This document shows, in pieces, positions 51,849-63,858 of a DNA stretch of 64,000 bases. A program made the position numbers and the translations under genes. The stretch is from Dimorphilus gyrociliatus. Taxonomy: Eukaryota; Animalia; Annelida. Each line of letters opens with the position of its first letter. Position 1 is the stretch's first letter. The notes beneath the pieces were generated by a model. It ran no database searches, had not been told where the DNA came from, and saw nothing but the letters and a program-made list of their open reading frames with translations. The stretch lies in contig CAJFCJ010000027.1 in the NCBI GenBank assembly GCA_904063045.1, forward strand, positions 558,001 to 622,000, in the 5' to 3' direction.

Positions 51849-52569
51849 TCGTTCAATATATATATATATTCAATTGTTATCATTTACATTGTTCAAAAAT
51901 CTTCTCTAAATAAATACACTGACATAATTGAATAAACTCTTGTTAATCCTTCCTTTATTTTCCTTCTTTTCCTGTTATTTTTTACTATTTATTTTTCATA
52001 CCATTCCCCTTTCAGTTAATACAACTAGATCAGCGTAGACTATCTGTCTCCATTTTAACGAAAGCGTTTATACGTTTATTTATATTCAATTAATTCTCTT
52101 TTTATTACAATTTGCTAGGAATTACTATTCTTAACATTAGAAATAACCGGAAAGGAATTACCAGATTAAGAAATAAATATATTACTATTAATAAGAACTG
52201 TTAAACTAGCAATAAATTATGGGAATTTTTTTTCAGATCATACCATTTATGACGAAAAATTAATTATTAGTCATAAATTAAAGAAATTCAAATTCTTTAT
52301 TTATACAATTAATTAAGCAATCAATTACTCGTTTCTCCCTCTTTTTCTCTCTCGCTCGCTCGCTAGCTGTATCTTTCCACGTCTCATTCACTCACTCTCC
52401 TCTTATTTTCCTGTGTCATAACCGAATTTTTCAATAAAAAAGGCAGGTGTAAAAAAAAATATAAACAATCTTTTTCAGGATAATAAAGTTTTGAATCATT
52501 GAAAAACAAAACAAAATAATAATTTTCTAATTATAAGATTTAAATAGAAAATTAAATAACAAAGTTTTT

Positions 52570-52995
52570 CTATACTAGATGAAGCTTCCTGTAATCTGAA
52601 TATTCAAGTTGAGCGTTCGTTGATTTCTCACTTTCGTTCTTCGTTAACCACCATATAACAAGGTCCTTAGACGTTAATTGCTGATCTTTTAATGATCTTA
52701 ATACTTCTAAAACTGATTTTTCATTACCATCTAATTTATAGATTTGGTGAGGAGTGTCGACATCCGTTTCGTCTTTCTTCTTTACGGTAGTAAATATTTT
52801 AACAGTAATATTACCAGATAAGAATTGATTAGAATTTTTTATTGGAATTTCATCTTGAAAACCCTTCAATTTTCGCTCATTTCTATAAAGTTTAAACTTA
52901 TTATTGTTCTTTGGCAGTAGACCTTTAGTTAATGTTTCTCTGGCTGTTAAAATCCTTTTAGTTCGATAATCCGAGAATACTTCTCTCCTCTTCAT
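52570..52995 (-). CDS. Uncharacterised basic protein, ~141 aa from the first ATG (ORF open to 53047; may have upstream exons)
   Basis: Long stop-free frame in AT-rich DNA with an acceptor (TTTTTTATGTAG) at ~53048. Convergent with the PP2A gene. No family recognised. Confidence 0.55.
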   Translation of the reverse strand: MKRREVFSDYRTKRILTARETLTKGLLPKNNNKFKLYRNERKLKGFQDEIPIKNSNQFLSGNITVKIFTTVKKKDETDVDTPHQIYKLDGNEKSVLEVLRSLKDQQLTSKDLVIWWLTKNESEKSTNAQLEYSDYRKLHLV

Positions 52996-55222
52996 ATCTT
53001 TAGTAATATATCGAGTAGTGATTTTTTTATAATTAGAACACAACTTCTACATAAAAAATACAGAGCACTTGAATTACTTCAGGTTTGTTTACGAAAGAGA
53101 TAATGCCGCTGAATATATAAACGCAGTATTCGCAGTCACATAATCAATCGCATTATCGAATCAGCAGTGAATTTATATCAGCATAAAAAAGAATTCAAAT
53201 CTAGCCTCTCTACATGAAAATTTATAGTTATCGCCGTTTGAAAATAATCCTCTGATTATATAAACTATACAATCTAAATAATTTAGTATTCAATCTCAGA
53301 ATGATTAAAATTTCATAAAATTTTTCACTTTAGATTCTTTATATCGATTTATCGAAAGCTTATTCACTCGCTCACTCATTTTTCTTCCTTTCTCTCACTC
53401 TCTCCTTCCTACTACTTAATTCAATCCCACCCCAAACCAACACACTCTCTCCCCACCTCTTCTTTATTTTCTTTTCAGCTATTTAGTATTTAACCTCTAG
53501 TTCAATCTTTTCCACTCGATATGAATATCAAGTTTTTCCCCCCTTTAGGATTTTTACATTCTACTTATTTGGTATATTCTATAGAATTTGTTTATAATTC
53601 CAAAGAAATATCACTTTTGATCCTATACTAATTAATTACCTTCTCTTTTACCATAACTATAAAAAGTACAGTAATGTATAATATATGAAAAGAGTTACTG
53701 GCAAGTTATCAGAAAACACAAAGTAAGGTTATTTAATGAATTTTCTGTTTTTAAACAGCTCTTCTTGGCATAGACCACTCCTATTTTTTTGTTTAATCTC
53801 CAACTGGAAGATTTTCTCATATACACAACCTGGTCAGTAAGGAGAGAGAGAGAAAGAGAGAAAGAACAATTTAGACATATCGGTATAGGTGAAAAAATTT
53901 GGGTGAGAAAAGTCTGAATGGTCAATCATAAACTTTTCTTTTGAAAGAACTCTATTGTATACAAATATTTCACTTTTTTTTATCCTATTCTCTTTGGCCT
54001 TTTGAACAAATGATAAAACTCAAATATTGAACTTAAGAGAATGATTCAATTATATCCTAACTATATAATCTACATTTGTTTAGCTAGATTATTCGTAGAC
54101 TTATCAAATACAGTCAAATAATCATTTAGTAATCACTCTATAAATGTGTTTATATAAACTACACATATATCATATAAAAGGGAAAAACGAATTTATCAAA
54201 TCTATTCATGTATCTACCATTCTCACATTCAACGTCAATGTCAAATAACGATATCATTATGACCTTTAAAAAAGGTTATATTTAATTTATTTAGATATCT
54301 AATAGCATTTAATAGATATCTTTTTGTACATATTCAAAATTATAATCAATAAAAACCTAAAAAAGCTACATATAGTAATCTTTTAAAGAAAAGAACAACA
54401 GATATCTCTATTAGTGTTTGTTTTATAGCTAAAACACATCTTTATACAATACAGCCAACTTATATTTTCAGTACATTAATACAATTAAAAGTAACTACTG
54501 TAGAATTATTATTAAAATAATTAATACAATAGATCATTATAATATATAGTTTAATGTATTCTAGAGTTTTTGCCTCCTCTATTGTTCTTTTTACGCCTAT
54601 CTTCCAGTTAATCTTTTGTCGGAAATTAATATTCGATTTATTAGTTTCCTTCTATTTTAAATATAATAATAGATATGGTTAATATATATATTATTACTCT
54701 CTTATTTAACTATTATTTAGAGCCTACTACATTTTATATAACATTTGCCATTGATTTCTGTTTGAATAAGAAAATAATTGATAAAGTAGCACATCCTTTG
54801 TAATACCTTAATTCAATTAATTTTCATTGCACAATGTTGAAAAATCTTACTTCTCCCTATCTATAAATCTATATACAATCTAAGATCATAATTTGAAATT
54901 TATATAATGTTATACATTATTTATTTAAATAACTGTCATTATATTACATGGAACGCAATTATAATAAAAAGTTGTTGTTGTTTTTCTTTTGGTTATATAA
55001 TCAAGAGCATGCTGAGGCTAAAAGGAGTACTAAAAGAAACAAATTATTTTTTTTCTTTTTCTTTTTTTTTTAAAAAAAAAACCAATAATGCTTTTTTCCG
55101 CTGATTTTTTTTCCCAATTTTTCTGTCTCACACTGCACAAAAAAATATGTTATAAACTAGAAATAAAAATGTGTTAAAAGTTTGTCTTTCTTTTCTTTTA
55201 GCTTGGTTAAATTTATATTTGT

Positions 55223-56913
55223 TTAAGCCATAACATCTTTCTTGTTTACAGCATTTCTTACGCAACATGCAAAAACAATTCCGAGAATCTGTGTTTTTTT
55301 TTAATAATATTAAATTAATGCACTTTATTAATATCTATAAATTGTATTTACCTGTATAACGGCTATACCAACTCCAATACCAATTAAAATTGCGGCTCTA
55401 TCCTCAACCCACTTTTTCAATGCATCGTAGCATCCCTATTTAAAATTAGTAGAACAAATTTATCGTACAGTTCTCGTTATAGAATATATTTCAGTAAGTC
55501 AACTTACGTCTTTGTAAGAAATATTATTATTTTCAAAATCATTGAAACAATCTCTCATTTCTTGACTGTTTGGATCGTCGGGTTTTTCGGTACTTTCTTT
55601 CTTGTTGCTGCAGCAACTTTGAGGATATTTATGGTTTCTCTATAAAGTATCCAGTTTGTTAATACATTACTTAGTTATAATAGTGCTAAAACTTACATTT
55701 TCGAAATTGGGATTGTTATTGTAATCTGTATACGAGTGTGAGCCGCAACATTTTAGTTTATTTTGCATGCTACTCCAGGCCAGAACAGTTACATCATTAT
55801 TTGTTGGTTCTAAGGGTTTCATTGTGGTATTTGCAAACTTCTGCATGTTTTCTTTCAGTGCATTGCCAAGTTCTTTTCTAAACACTGCAGCTAGAATCGC
55901 AGCTGTAATTTCCGCAAGTAGAAGAAGACCCATGATGAAAGCATACATCATCAGTAGGCAAGAACTTTCTTGGATTGCTCCACAGCATCCCAAGAATCCA
56001 GTCAAGAAAATAATTGCTCCAATTACTATAACCAAAATAATAGCAGCCTGCATTGTTTTCTCGTTATTATCAATCTTGATTACATCCAAGTACTTGTTAA
56101 AGTTTTTATCTACTTTCATCCAAATTCCAACGCCTAGAAGAGCCGCCCCGGCAATCTGTTAAGAATAGCGCCATCTATCGGTTATTGTGTCCATGTGCCG
56201 CACAAATAATCAATGTACAATTAATTTAAAAATATTACTGGAAATAGCAATTATGCTGTTCTGCCCAGTTAATAGTGTTTATTCATATTGCAACAAAATA
56301 CCATTGTTTTCTAACTAGGAGATAAGAAATAAGCCTATACGGCTATAAAATATGTTCGACCATATATGAATAAAATGATGTAGAAGAGATACACTAATAT
56401 CCATATTCTTATGAATCATTATCATAAAACTCCTCCTTTCGCCTTTCATAAGGTATGTAAAAGGTAAAGAAAATGACTAAATCTTTATGCGTTACCTACG
56501 TTCGCAGAGTCAACTCAAGGTTAGAGCGCCACCAGTACACAGCAAAAACTCAAAAATTTACAGGTGTGCTCGCTGTAGCAAAGATAAGGAGCACAAAGAG
56601 AGAAAACGGGAAAGGGAGAGAATATAATAGTGAAAGTAACAGAGAGTGAAGGAGGTAAAGATTTGTAAAGAAAAGCTAAGAACTATAAATAAATTATTTC
56701 GTATTTCCTACTTTAACCTAGAAATTGAACGTTAGAGCGTACTGTTGTTATTATTGTTTTTCTCTGCTAAATAAACATAGCCTAAACATATGTAATGTAA
56801 TAATTTCTAAATAATAAAAAACACAATAATTTACTTACAAAGAAGATGATGTTGAAGAAGAAGAGAATATATTTTGCACATTTCGTGCCGCATCCCATAG
56901 ATCCGAATCCCAT
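55223..56913 (-). CDS. Tetraspanin, 5 coding exons, ~271 aa
   Basis: Exons 56913-56839, 56155-55697, 55639-55508, 55435-55352 and 55288-55223, all phase 0 with GT-AG introns. Motifs KYILFFFNIIF, GFLGCCGA, LKCCG, PQSCC, GCY and FACC, with four TM helices. Confidence 0.97.
56169..56180 (+). promoter_or_regulatory. CTCF-like motif CGCCATCTATCG in the tetraspanin intron next to the splice acceptor
   Basis: Recurrent 12-mer about 12 nt from the acceptor AG at 56156-56157. Confidence 0.5.
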
Positions 56914-59023
56914 GACTGTTTCTTTAAAATGGTATGTTGTTTAGACTAGTTAAAACAATTCTAATCGTTGACTTTGTTAATCTTCTTTTGTTTCAAATTG
57001 TACAAAATTTAGTAGAGTCGATGTTGTCTGAATCGATTGTCAACCGAATAGTGGCTGGATGCTAAGTTGTGTGGCGCTGGCAGCCTCGATCTGAAATGTA
57101 CGAGCTTTGAAAAAGTATATATATTTATATACCTGTGTGGCTATGAGTCATCATCCAATTATCATGGAGGATGATAAGAATGACTAATGTTTGCCGAAAG
57201 GCGGTGTGTTTTTAAAGGCTATACTTCCTGCGCTCAAAAAATATGTCAGATAAACTAACCACGATTTACAAATATCGCGAATATATCGACTTTATTAAAG
57301 GATTTATTAAAAAAACAAAAAAGTAAAGAACTTTATGTAAATCCAGTTTGGCAACTGATGCTAAAGTAAACTATTGTGTGACGTTAGACAAACGTATGTA
57401 TTTACATTATCGGATATAATTAATGTTAATGGATTATATTTATTAATAGCCCATAAGAAATTGAGGAAAGATGGGGAGATGGCATAGATATACATAAGGG
57501 TAAAAGTAGACAAAATAGAGAAAGAGTAGCATACTCTCTAGTATTCTAATTCTACTCCAAAGGGGTTATTTATAGACTAAAGAAGATCATTGCAAATGTG
57601 GGCAAAGTCACGTGCGGTAAACACGTAGAGACAATGGATAGTTAAACTACGTTTCGTTAGAAAATTATATATTTTATATCCTATAGAATTTTTTATAGCA
57701 TATGCGTCAAAAAAAATGATTTTACCTTTTAAATCGTTAAATACTTGCCAGTTTTAGCTCATTCAGTTGTTTTTTTATTTTTTTTTTAACTATATACTGT
57801 TTGTATACAAGTTTCGGTTATTCTATGATTCCAATATTTGTGTTTTTTATTCACGAATTCTCTTACTAAACATAAACAGAAATGTTAAATCTATAAATAA
57901 ACTCCCTTTTCACCTTCCTTTTACTGACTCATCTTTCGTTTAAGGAGAATAGCCGTATTAAGAGTACGATACATTTTTATTGGTAAATGGGATGAAATCA
58001 TTATTTCATGGTTATGATTATATAATGTATAGACAAGAAAGAGACGGACGGAAGTTTGTACTTGTAAAAAAATATATGGCAGAAACAATCAGATTAATAT
58101 TTAAATAGTGTATTTATTCTATATAACGGTTTTTTTTTATCTAAGAGATTTGCTTTTCAAATCAAATAAATAAACTGTTTCGTCCAGTCATTTATCTTAT
58201 ATTCCATATAATTTCTATAGACCAAAAAAGACCAAATATAAAAATCGTTTCAAGTCTTTTCTATTCCCTTTAAAGAGACAAAAAAAGAGTGGAAACATAT
58301 GAGAGATGATATATAGAAAGGGAAAAACTTTTATGGAATATCTTACAACGATTTGGACCTAATGTATAAAAAATAATGGAAAGAAAGAAGAAGAATAAGA
58401 GAACCAAACAAAGAATAATGGATAATTTTTTCTTTATATTCTATTTAAAAAGGATGAAAAAAATGAAACATTTACGTACACTGAAGCATCGTATATAGTA
58501 TTTTATATGTTCTTGTAATTTAACAAACCTAATGAACTTTCTTAACGAGTACAACTAAAGTTTCCAATAATTCATATATACATTTAAATATTTGTCCTTA
58601 ACGTACCTTTTGCCTTTTATTTTATTATAGTCTCATCACAGTTGCAAATATTTAACAATATCTATGTGAAATAAATTTACTTTATATGTAAGCCTATAGT
58701 GTTATACTATATTATATACAACTTTAATAATAAAGTAACAATCTAAAAGTCACTTTGCGAGTATCAATTCAACAAGATAACATTCAACTTATTAACTAGT
58801 TAATTAATTTAAATAAAGTATTTATATATAAAATGAATACGTCTGTCTTGAGAAGTATATTTTTATTACTTTATATTAGAATTGTATTTTGAAAAGGACC
58901 ATTAAAAATATAGTACAGTGTGTAAAGAGTCTTATGCGTCTGAATAATATTAAAATAGTTCTTACGAAACATTCGCGCTCAAGTCTATTGAATTATAAAA
59001 TTAGCAATGGAAGATTATATATA

Positions 59024-59244
59024 CAGTACGGGTAACCTATTTTTGAACGCCCAGCTATTTTCTATAATAGTTAAAATATTTTTTCTATAACATTAATTTT
59101 ACAATCGAATAATTAGATATGTCAATTATCTCTTTGCACACAACAGATTCAACTAGTTAAATTTTTAAATTTCACTGTTTAAATAACAAAAAAAATTTTA
59201 TTCTGAAAATGTCACAAAAAGTGCCCGATATCCTATTTTTGAAC
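59024..59244 (+). repeat. Left terminal inverted repeat (~221 bp) with outer and inner direct repeats CCTATTTTTGAAC (59036-59048, 59232-59244)
   Basis: Reverse-complement match to 60452-60671. The first ~32 bp and the inner repeat are identical, while the middle is diverged. Confidence 0.92.
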
Positions 59245-59354
59245 TTTATGAATTCTGATAAAAATGTTGTTAGAAAAGGTAAGAAATATGTTTATTTTTA
59301 CATTTTATTAACGTATAGATTATATTACTTCAAATAATCACTTTTTCTTTTTCT

Positions 59355-60350
59355 TTAATATCTTATATTATATCCTTTATTTTTCCAACATAATCTGGCT
59401 CTTTTATGGAAGCTTTTGTATAAATTTGCAATATACCAATTTGGTATGTTATTAAATTCCTCTTCTACTGCCCTCCACAAATCATCTTTTGTCTGCAAAA
59501 CATGGGTTTGCAACCTATTTTTTAAGTAAGCCCACAAATTTTCAATAATGTTCAATTCTGGGCTTCTGGATGGCCAGTCTTGTAAAACTGTTATATTGTT
59601 TCTCTCAAGAAATGTCCTTGTAGATGCCGATGTATGACATTTGGCACCATCCTGCATAAGCAGGTTGTCTGGCTCAAACATTGGAAATAGCTTCTCCTCA
59701 AGTATTTCTTGGTATAAATTGCTGTCCATATACCCATTATATAACTTTATAGCTCTTGTCCCATCAGCTTTTATACACCCCCATATTGATATTGATGAAT
59801 TTGCTGTTCGAACAGCTTTTTTGGTGTATTTTGGATCATACCGTTTATGACTCCCCCTATGGACCCAAATTCTTCTTTTTGGATACAATTCAATCCGACT
59901 TTCATCGGAAAATATAATTTTGTTTACATCTTCTTGACTCTTATTTAACATAGACAAACAAAAAGATTTTCTATTTCTTGCATGGCAAGGTTTTAGCGCT
60001 GGCTTACTTGTTGCAACATAGCTTTTAAGGTCGTTTTTTTGCAAAATCTTTTTGCATGTCGATAGAGAAATTTTGGAACCTAATCCTGAATGTTCAAGCA
60101 CATTCCTTGCCGTTAGAAATGGATTTCTCTTTGAAATTTGGCAAATTTTTCTCTCTTCCCTTTCTGTTAAAATCTTTGGGGTACATAGTTTCGATAGATT
60201 GTTAATAGTTCCATGTTTCTCAAATTTTTTTGTTATGTAGTGGACAGATCCCTTTGAAATTTTTAATTGTTTTGCAATTTCGTTCATTGACATCTTCTCC
60301 TTCCTCTTTTCCAACACTAATTTTCTCATGTCCAAGCTTATTTTTGGCAT
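59355..60350 (-). CDS. Tc1-like transposase, ~331 aa, DD35E catalytic triad
   Basis: N-terminal paired-like HTH region, FSDESR, WGCI, MQDGAKCH and DWPSRSPELNIIENLW. I counted 35 residues between the second D and the E. Likely start is MPKISLD at 60350. Confidence 0.95.
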   Translation of the reverse strand: MPKISLDMRKLVLEKRKEKMSMNEIAKQLKISKGSVHYITKKFEKHGTINNLSKLCTPKILTEREERKICQISKRNPFLTARNVLEHSGLGSKISLSTCKKILQKNDLKSYVATSKPALKPCHARNRKSFCLSMLNKSQEDVNKIIFSDESRIELYPKRRIWVHRGSHKRYDPKYTKKAVRTANSSISIWGCIKADGTRAIKLYNGYMDSNLYQEILEEKLFPMFEPDNLLMQDGAKCHTSASTRTFLERNNITVLQDWPSRSPELNIIENLWAYLKNRLQTHVLQTKDDLWRAVEEEFNNIPNWYIANLYKSFHKRARLCWKNKGYNIRY

Positions 60351-60451
60351 TTTTAACTTTTTTAAAATTGTTATCCTACTTTGATTCTTGACATAAATTG
60401 TCATGTGGGAAAGCAAAAAAATTTGGTCATTTTCGTAAATTTTTAATTATT

Positions 60452-60671
60452 GTTCAAAAATAGGATATCGGGTACTTTTCACGATTTTTTCATAATAAAA
60501 ATTTTTTGTTATTTAAACAGTAAAATACAAAGATTTAATTAATTGAATATGTTGATTACAAAGTCACAATTGCCATGTCTAATTGTTGGATTGTAAAATT
60601 AATGTTAAAGAAAAAATATTTTAACTAATATAGAAAAAAGCTGGGCGTTCAAAAATAGGTTACCCGTACTG
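60452..60671 (-). repeat. Right terminal inverted repeat (~220 bp)
   Basis: Reverse complement of 59024-59244, carrying the same two direct-repeat cores. Confidence 0.92.
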
Positions 60672-63600
60672 TATATGACTATTGCATTCATATATAACAT
60701 TGACAGACACGAGTTGTAGTTGTTATCAATTATAAATATATAAAGTTTTTATCAAGTTTCCAAATTTGGAAACAATTTTAATTGAAAAAGAAGAGTTTTA
60801 ATGAAGAATATAAGACACTATATATATATATATATACTGTATACATATACGAATTTACACGAAAATAAGCTATATCGAAATAATTATTAAGTAGAAATTC
60901 TACAATAAACTATATATATATAGTAATATAGAATAGACATATACAGTATATCTATAACTTACATATATACTGTGTAGAAAGTATATCTTGATGATCTAAG
61001 CATTTTTCAAATACTTTATCAATATTTCAAAGCATATTTCGATATTACTTTCTTAGTTAAGGAATAGTTTCGAGCAGTATTTTATAGATATGTCTTTGAG
61101 CATTTTTTATGATTAATAGCAACCGCCTATTTCTAAAAAGACCTTTTATAAGAAAGCGCAAATGATCTCATTTTACAAAAAATAACCTTTCAGGTTCTAG
61201 GAAGAAAACGATATTTATTACAAATTTATGATCTGTTGCATAAAATCTATGGCTTAATCATAGATAAAACTATTTTATGAAATAACTGTGAAATAGATCG
61301 ATCGAACTGGAATTTACCTTAATTAATACTTTTATTTCCTCTCAAATGGATATATGCTATAAGCTAGCTCACGTTTTCTCTCACTCTCTCCCTGTCTTTC
61401 TCCTTACATTAATGAAGAATCTATGATGATAAATGACTTGGAGATATATAAAAAAAGACAAAAAAGTTAATATACGAGTAGTTTTTGATATTTGAGTAAA
61501 AGTCTACTCTTGTTTAGTTGTTATGCTTTCATATTTTTTACCCAACTTGTAAGTTTTTTAGTATTAAAAAAAATAAAAGATCGTTAAAAATGTTCTATTT
61601 ATCAGACTAAGCAATTTTCTAATTTTCATCCAAAAAAAATGATAATTTAATCAAGATAATAAGTAGAAAAGAGATTTTTTTTATGATAAAAATCATCGTT
61701 CTATTTTCTGTTCGTTTTATATTTTCAAAAATGAGAAAAACAAAAAAAGTAGCGAGTATATAGATTACTTAAACAATATGTTTTGAAATATATGTATATA
61801 TATTTTCTGTGTAATGTATTTATTCACTACGTAATTGCTAATTTGAATATATATATACAACTTGAACGCAATATATATATATATATATATATTCATATTT
61901 TACCTATCTCCCTCTTGTTTTAAGATTTATTAATTTATGAATTATTATTAATAGCTGTAATAAATGGTTTTATAACTAAATGTGTCTACTTCCGATAAAT
62001 ATCATATTGTAAAATTTATAGTGTATTACGCAAATTTGACTTAATTTCGAATATTCTATTCATCCTATACAGACCACTCAGTATATGTAGTTTTAAATAG
62101 TCGGAAGTATAATTTCATCTTTAAACATTTATATTCTCCATAATCAACCTTCATACATAGCTTTCTAATAAATTGGTTGTCCTTTTCTATTAGTATCTAT
62201 TTATAAGTTTTATAGCGCAAAAATAGGAAAAAGGTTCATTTTCTGTTGGGTAAATTATATAACTTTTAATTAATTAATTATTAACCAATAAATAAATTAA
62301 TTATGAAATATTGATAATTTTTACCCATTTTTCGTATTTATAATATTGAGTATAGTGTGTATATGCCGTATTTGTATAATTGTTTTAGTCTCTTGCTTAT
62401 CTTAGATCCCTTTTCCGATAGTAAAGTGATGCCTAGCGATATTTTAAACTGATATTTTCATTAAAACGGTTTTTTATTATCAGATAAACTAATATTGTCA
62501 AATTGATCGTATTAGAACGATCAAGAATGATAGAAAAATTTATATATATACTGTAGATATAGAGGGAGAGAGAACACTTGTTGAGAGATAGTTAGTCAAA
62601 CTACTATATTGAACAATTACTATTCAACTGTCAGTTGAAGGATATTAGATAAAAGTGTCCATAGTCGTTTGCTTTTTTTCCGTTTCTTTCTGTTTCTCTG
62701 TCTCTCTCTCATTCTAAAGCTTCATTTATCGTCACACGTACCCCACCCCTAGTTTCTTTTTTTAGCTCTATTCTGTAAAGTTTACATGGTATTAAAAATT
62801 CTACAACTCTACTCTATTCTATTACAACATTATCTTCCAACATATAATATACAGGAAAAGGAAATATGTTGTTTTAATTTAACGAATGATTATATAATTT
62901 TAAAGATAAGTGCTTGTTAAAAATTATACAGAAAGATAACGAAAAATTAGGCTACAAAGCATTTTACCTTCAAAATTTTATTATTCAATATTTGTGAATA
63001 GGTTGAAAAAAAATTCAAAAAAAAATTAATTTAGTCTGTTAAAGTATAAGTATAAGACTAGTATGTCTGAAAATTGTTCATATTCTTCTTAAGTTATCCA
63101 TTCAAATAAGATATAAAGTAATTTGTAAGTAAAAAATCATCTTTTATTGCCAAATTGTAAATGGTTGTATGAAGCAATCAATATAAATACTGTATATATA
63201 TTATATATATATATTGATATATAGATTGATATATTCTATAAGACAAAGAATCACGATTCTTGATAAATTTTCTAATAATAGGAAGCACTACTCTCTCAGT
63301 ACACGATGTATCTCGTAAACGAACTTTTCAAGGTAACACAAAAGGAAATCATAGAGTCTCAAGTAAAACACGTATTATTTATTCTTAGATGAAATATTTC
63401 TGGTCAAATGATTTCTATTTCGCTAGAATGAAGCAATATTATGAGTAATATTACAAAGTATTCTAAGCTACACTTTTAAAAGTTTTCTTATCAATCCTGT
63501 TTTATCTTAAATAACTTGACTAATTTTTAAGCTTTAGGCTTAAAAATGCGAAACTCTCTAATAAAAATACATTTTATTGTATGCTTGTATAATTCAAGCT

Positions 63601-63858
63601 ATTTACATTTACTAAAGAATTTTCTTGGGCTCTATATACCATGCCAATGTATTCAATATATTTAAGTTGCATCAACTTCTTGCCCAACTTTACGTGCTTT
63701 GTATAAAAAATCTCGTTCTCCCTCTGCTTTCATGCTGCGGTATTTATTCATAGTAAAACATAGCCTTAATTATTATATTAATAATATAAATAATAAGGTA
63801 ATTACACTTTGACGCGTCTGTTTCGTCAATCTACAGCATTACTACACTAGAAAAATAG

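Larger units (their letters stand above)
59024..60671 (-). mobile_element. Full-length Tc1-family DNA transposon (1648 bp), TA target-site duplication, long IR/DR-type terminal inverted repeats
   Basis: Ends read TA|CAGTACGGGTAACCTATTTTTGAACGCCCAGCT ... AGCTGGGCGTTCAAAAATAGGTTACCCGTACTG|TA. Contains an uninterrupted transposase ORF. Confidence 0.97.

Noticed and set aside
53075-53150. UGA-readthrough (selenocysteine) CxC/CxxC peptide upstream of the 52570 ORF
   Set aside because: An in-frame TAA lies just upstream, there is no start codon, and no SECIS was recognised.
53695-53925. Extra 3' exon of the tetraspanin
   Set aside because: The tetraspanin already terminates at 55223 after TM4 with a normal short tail.
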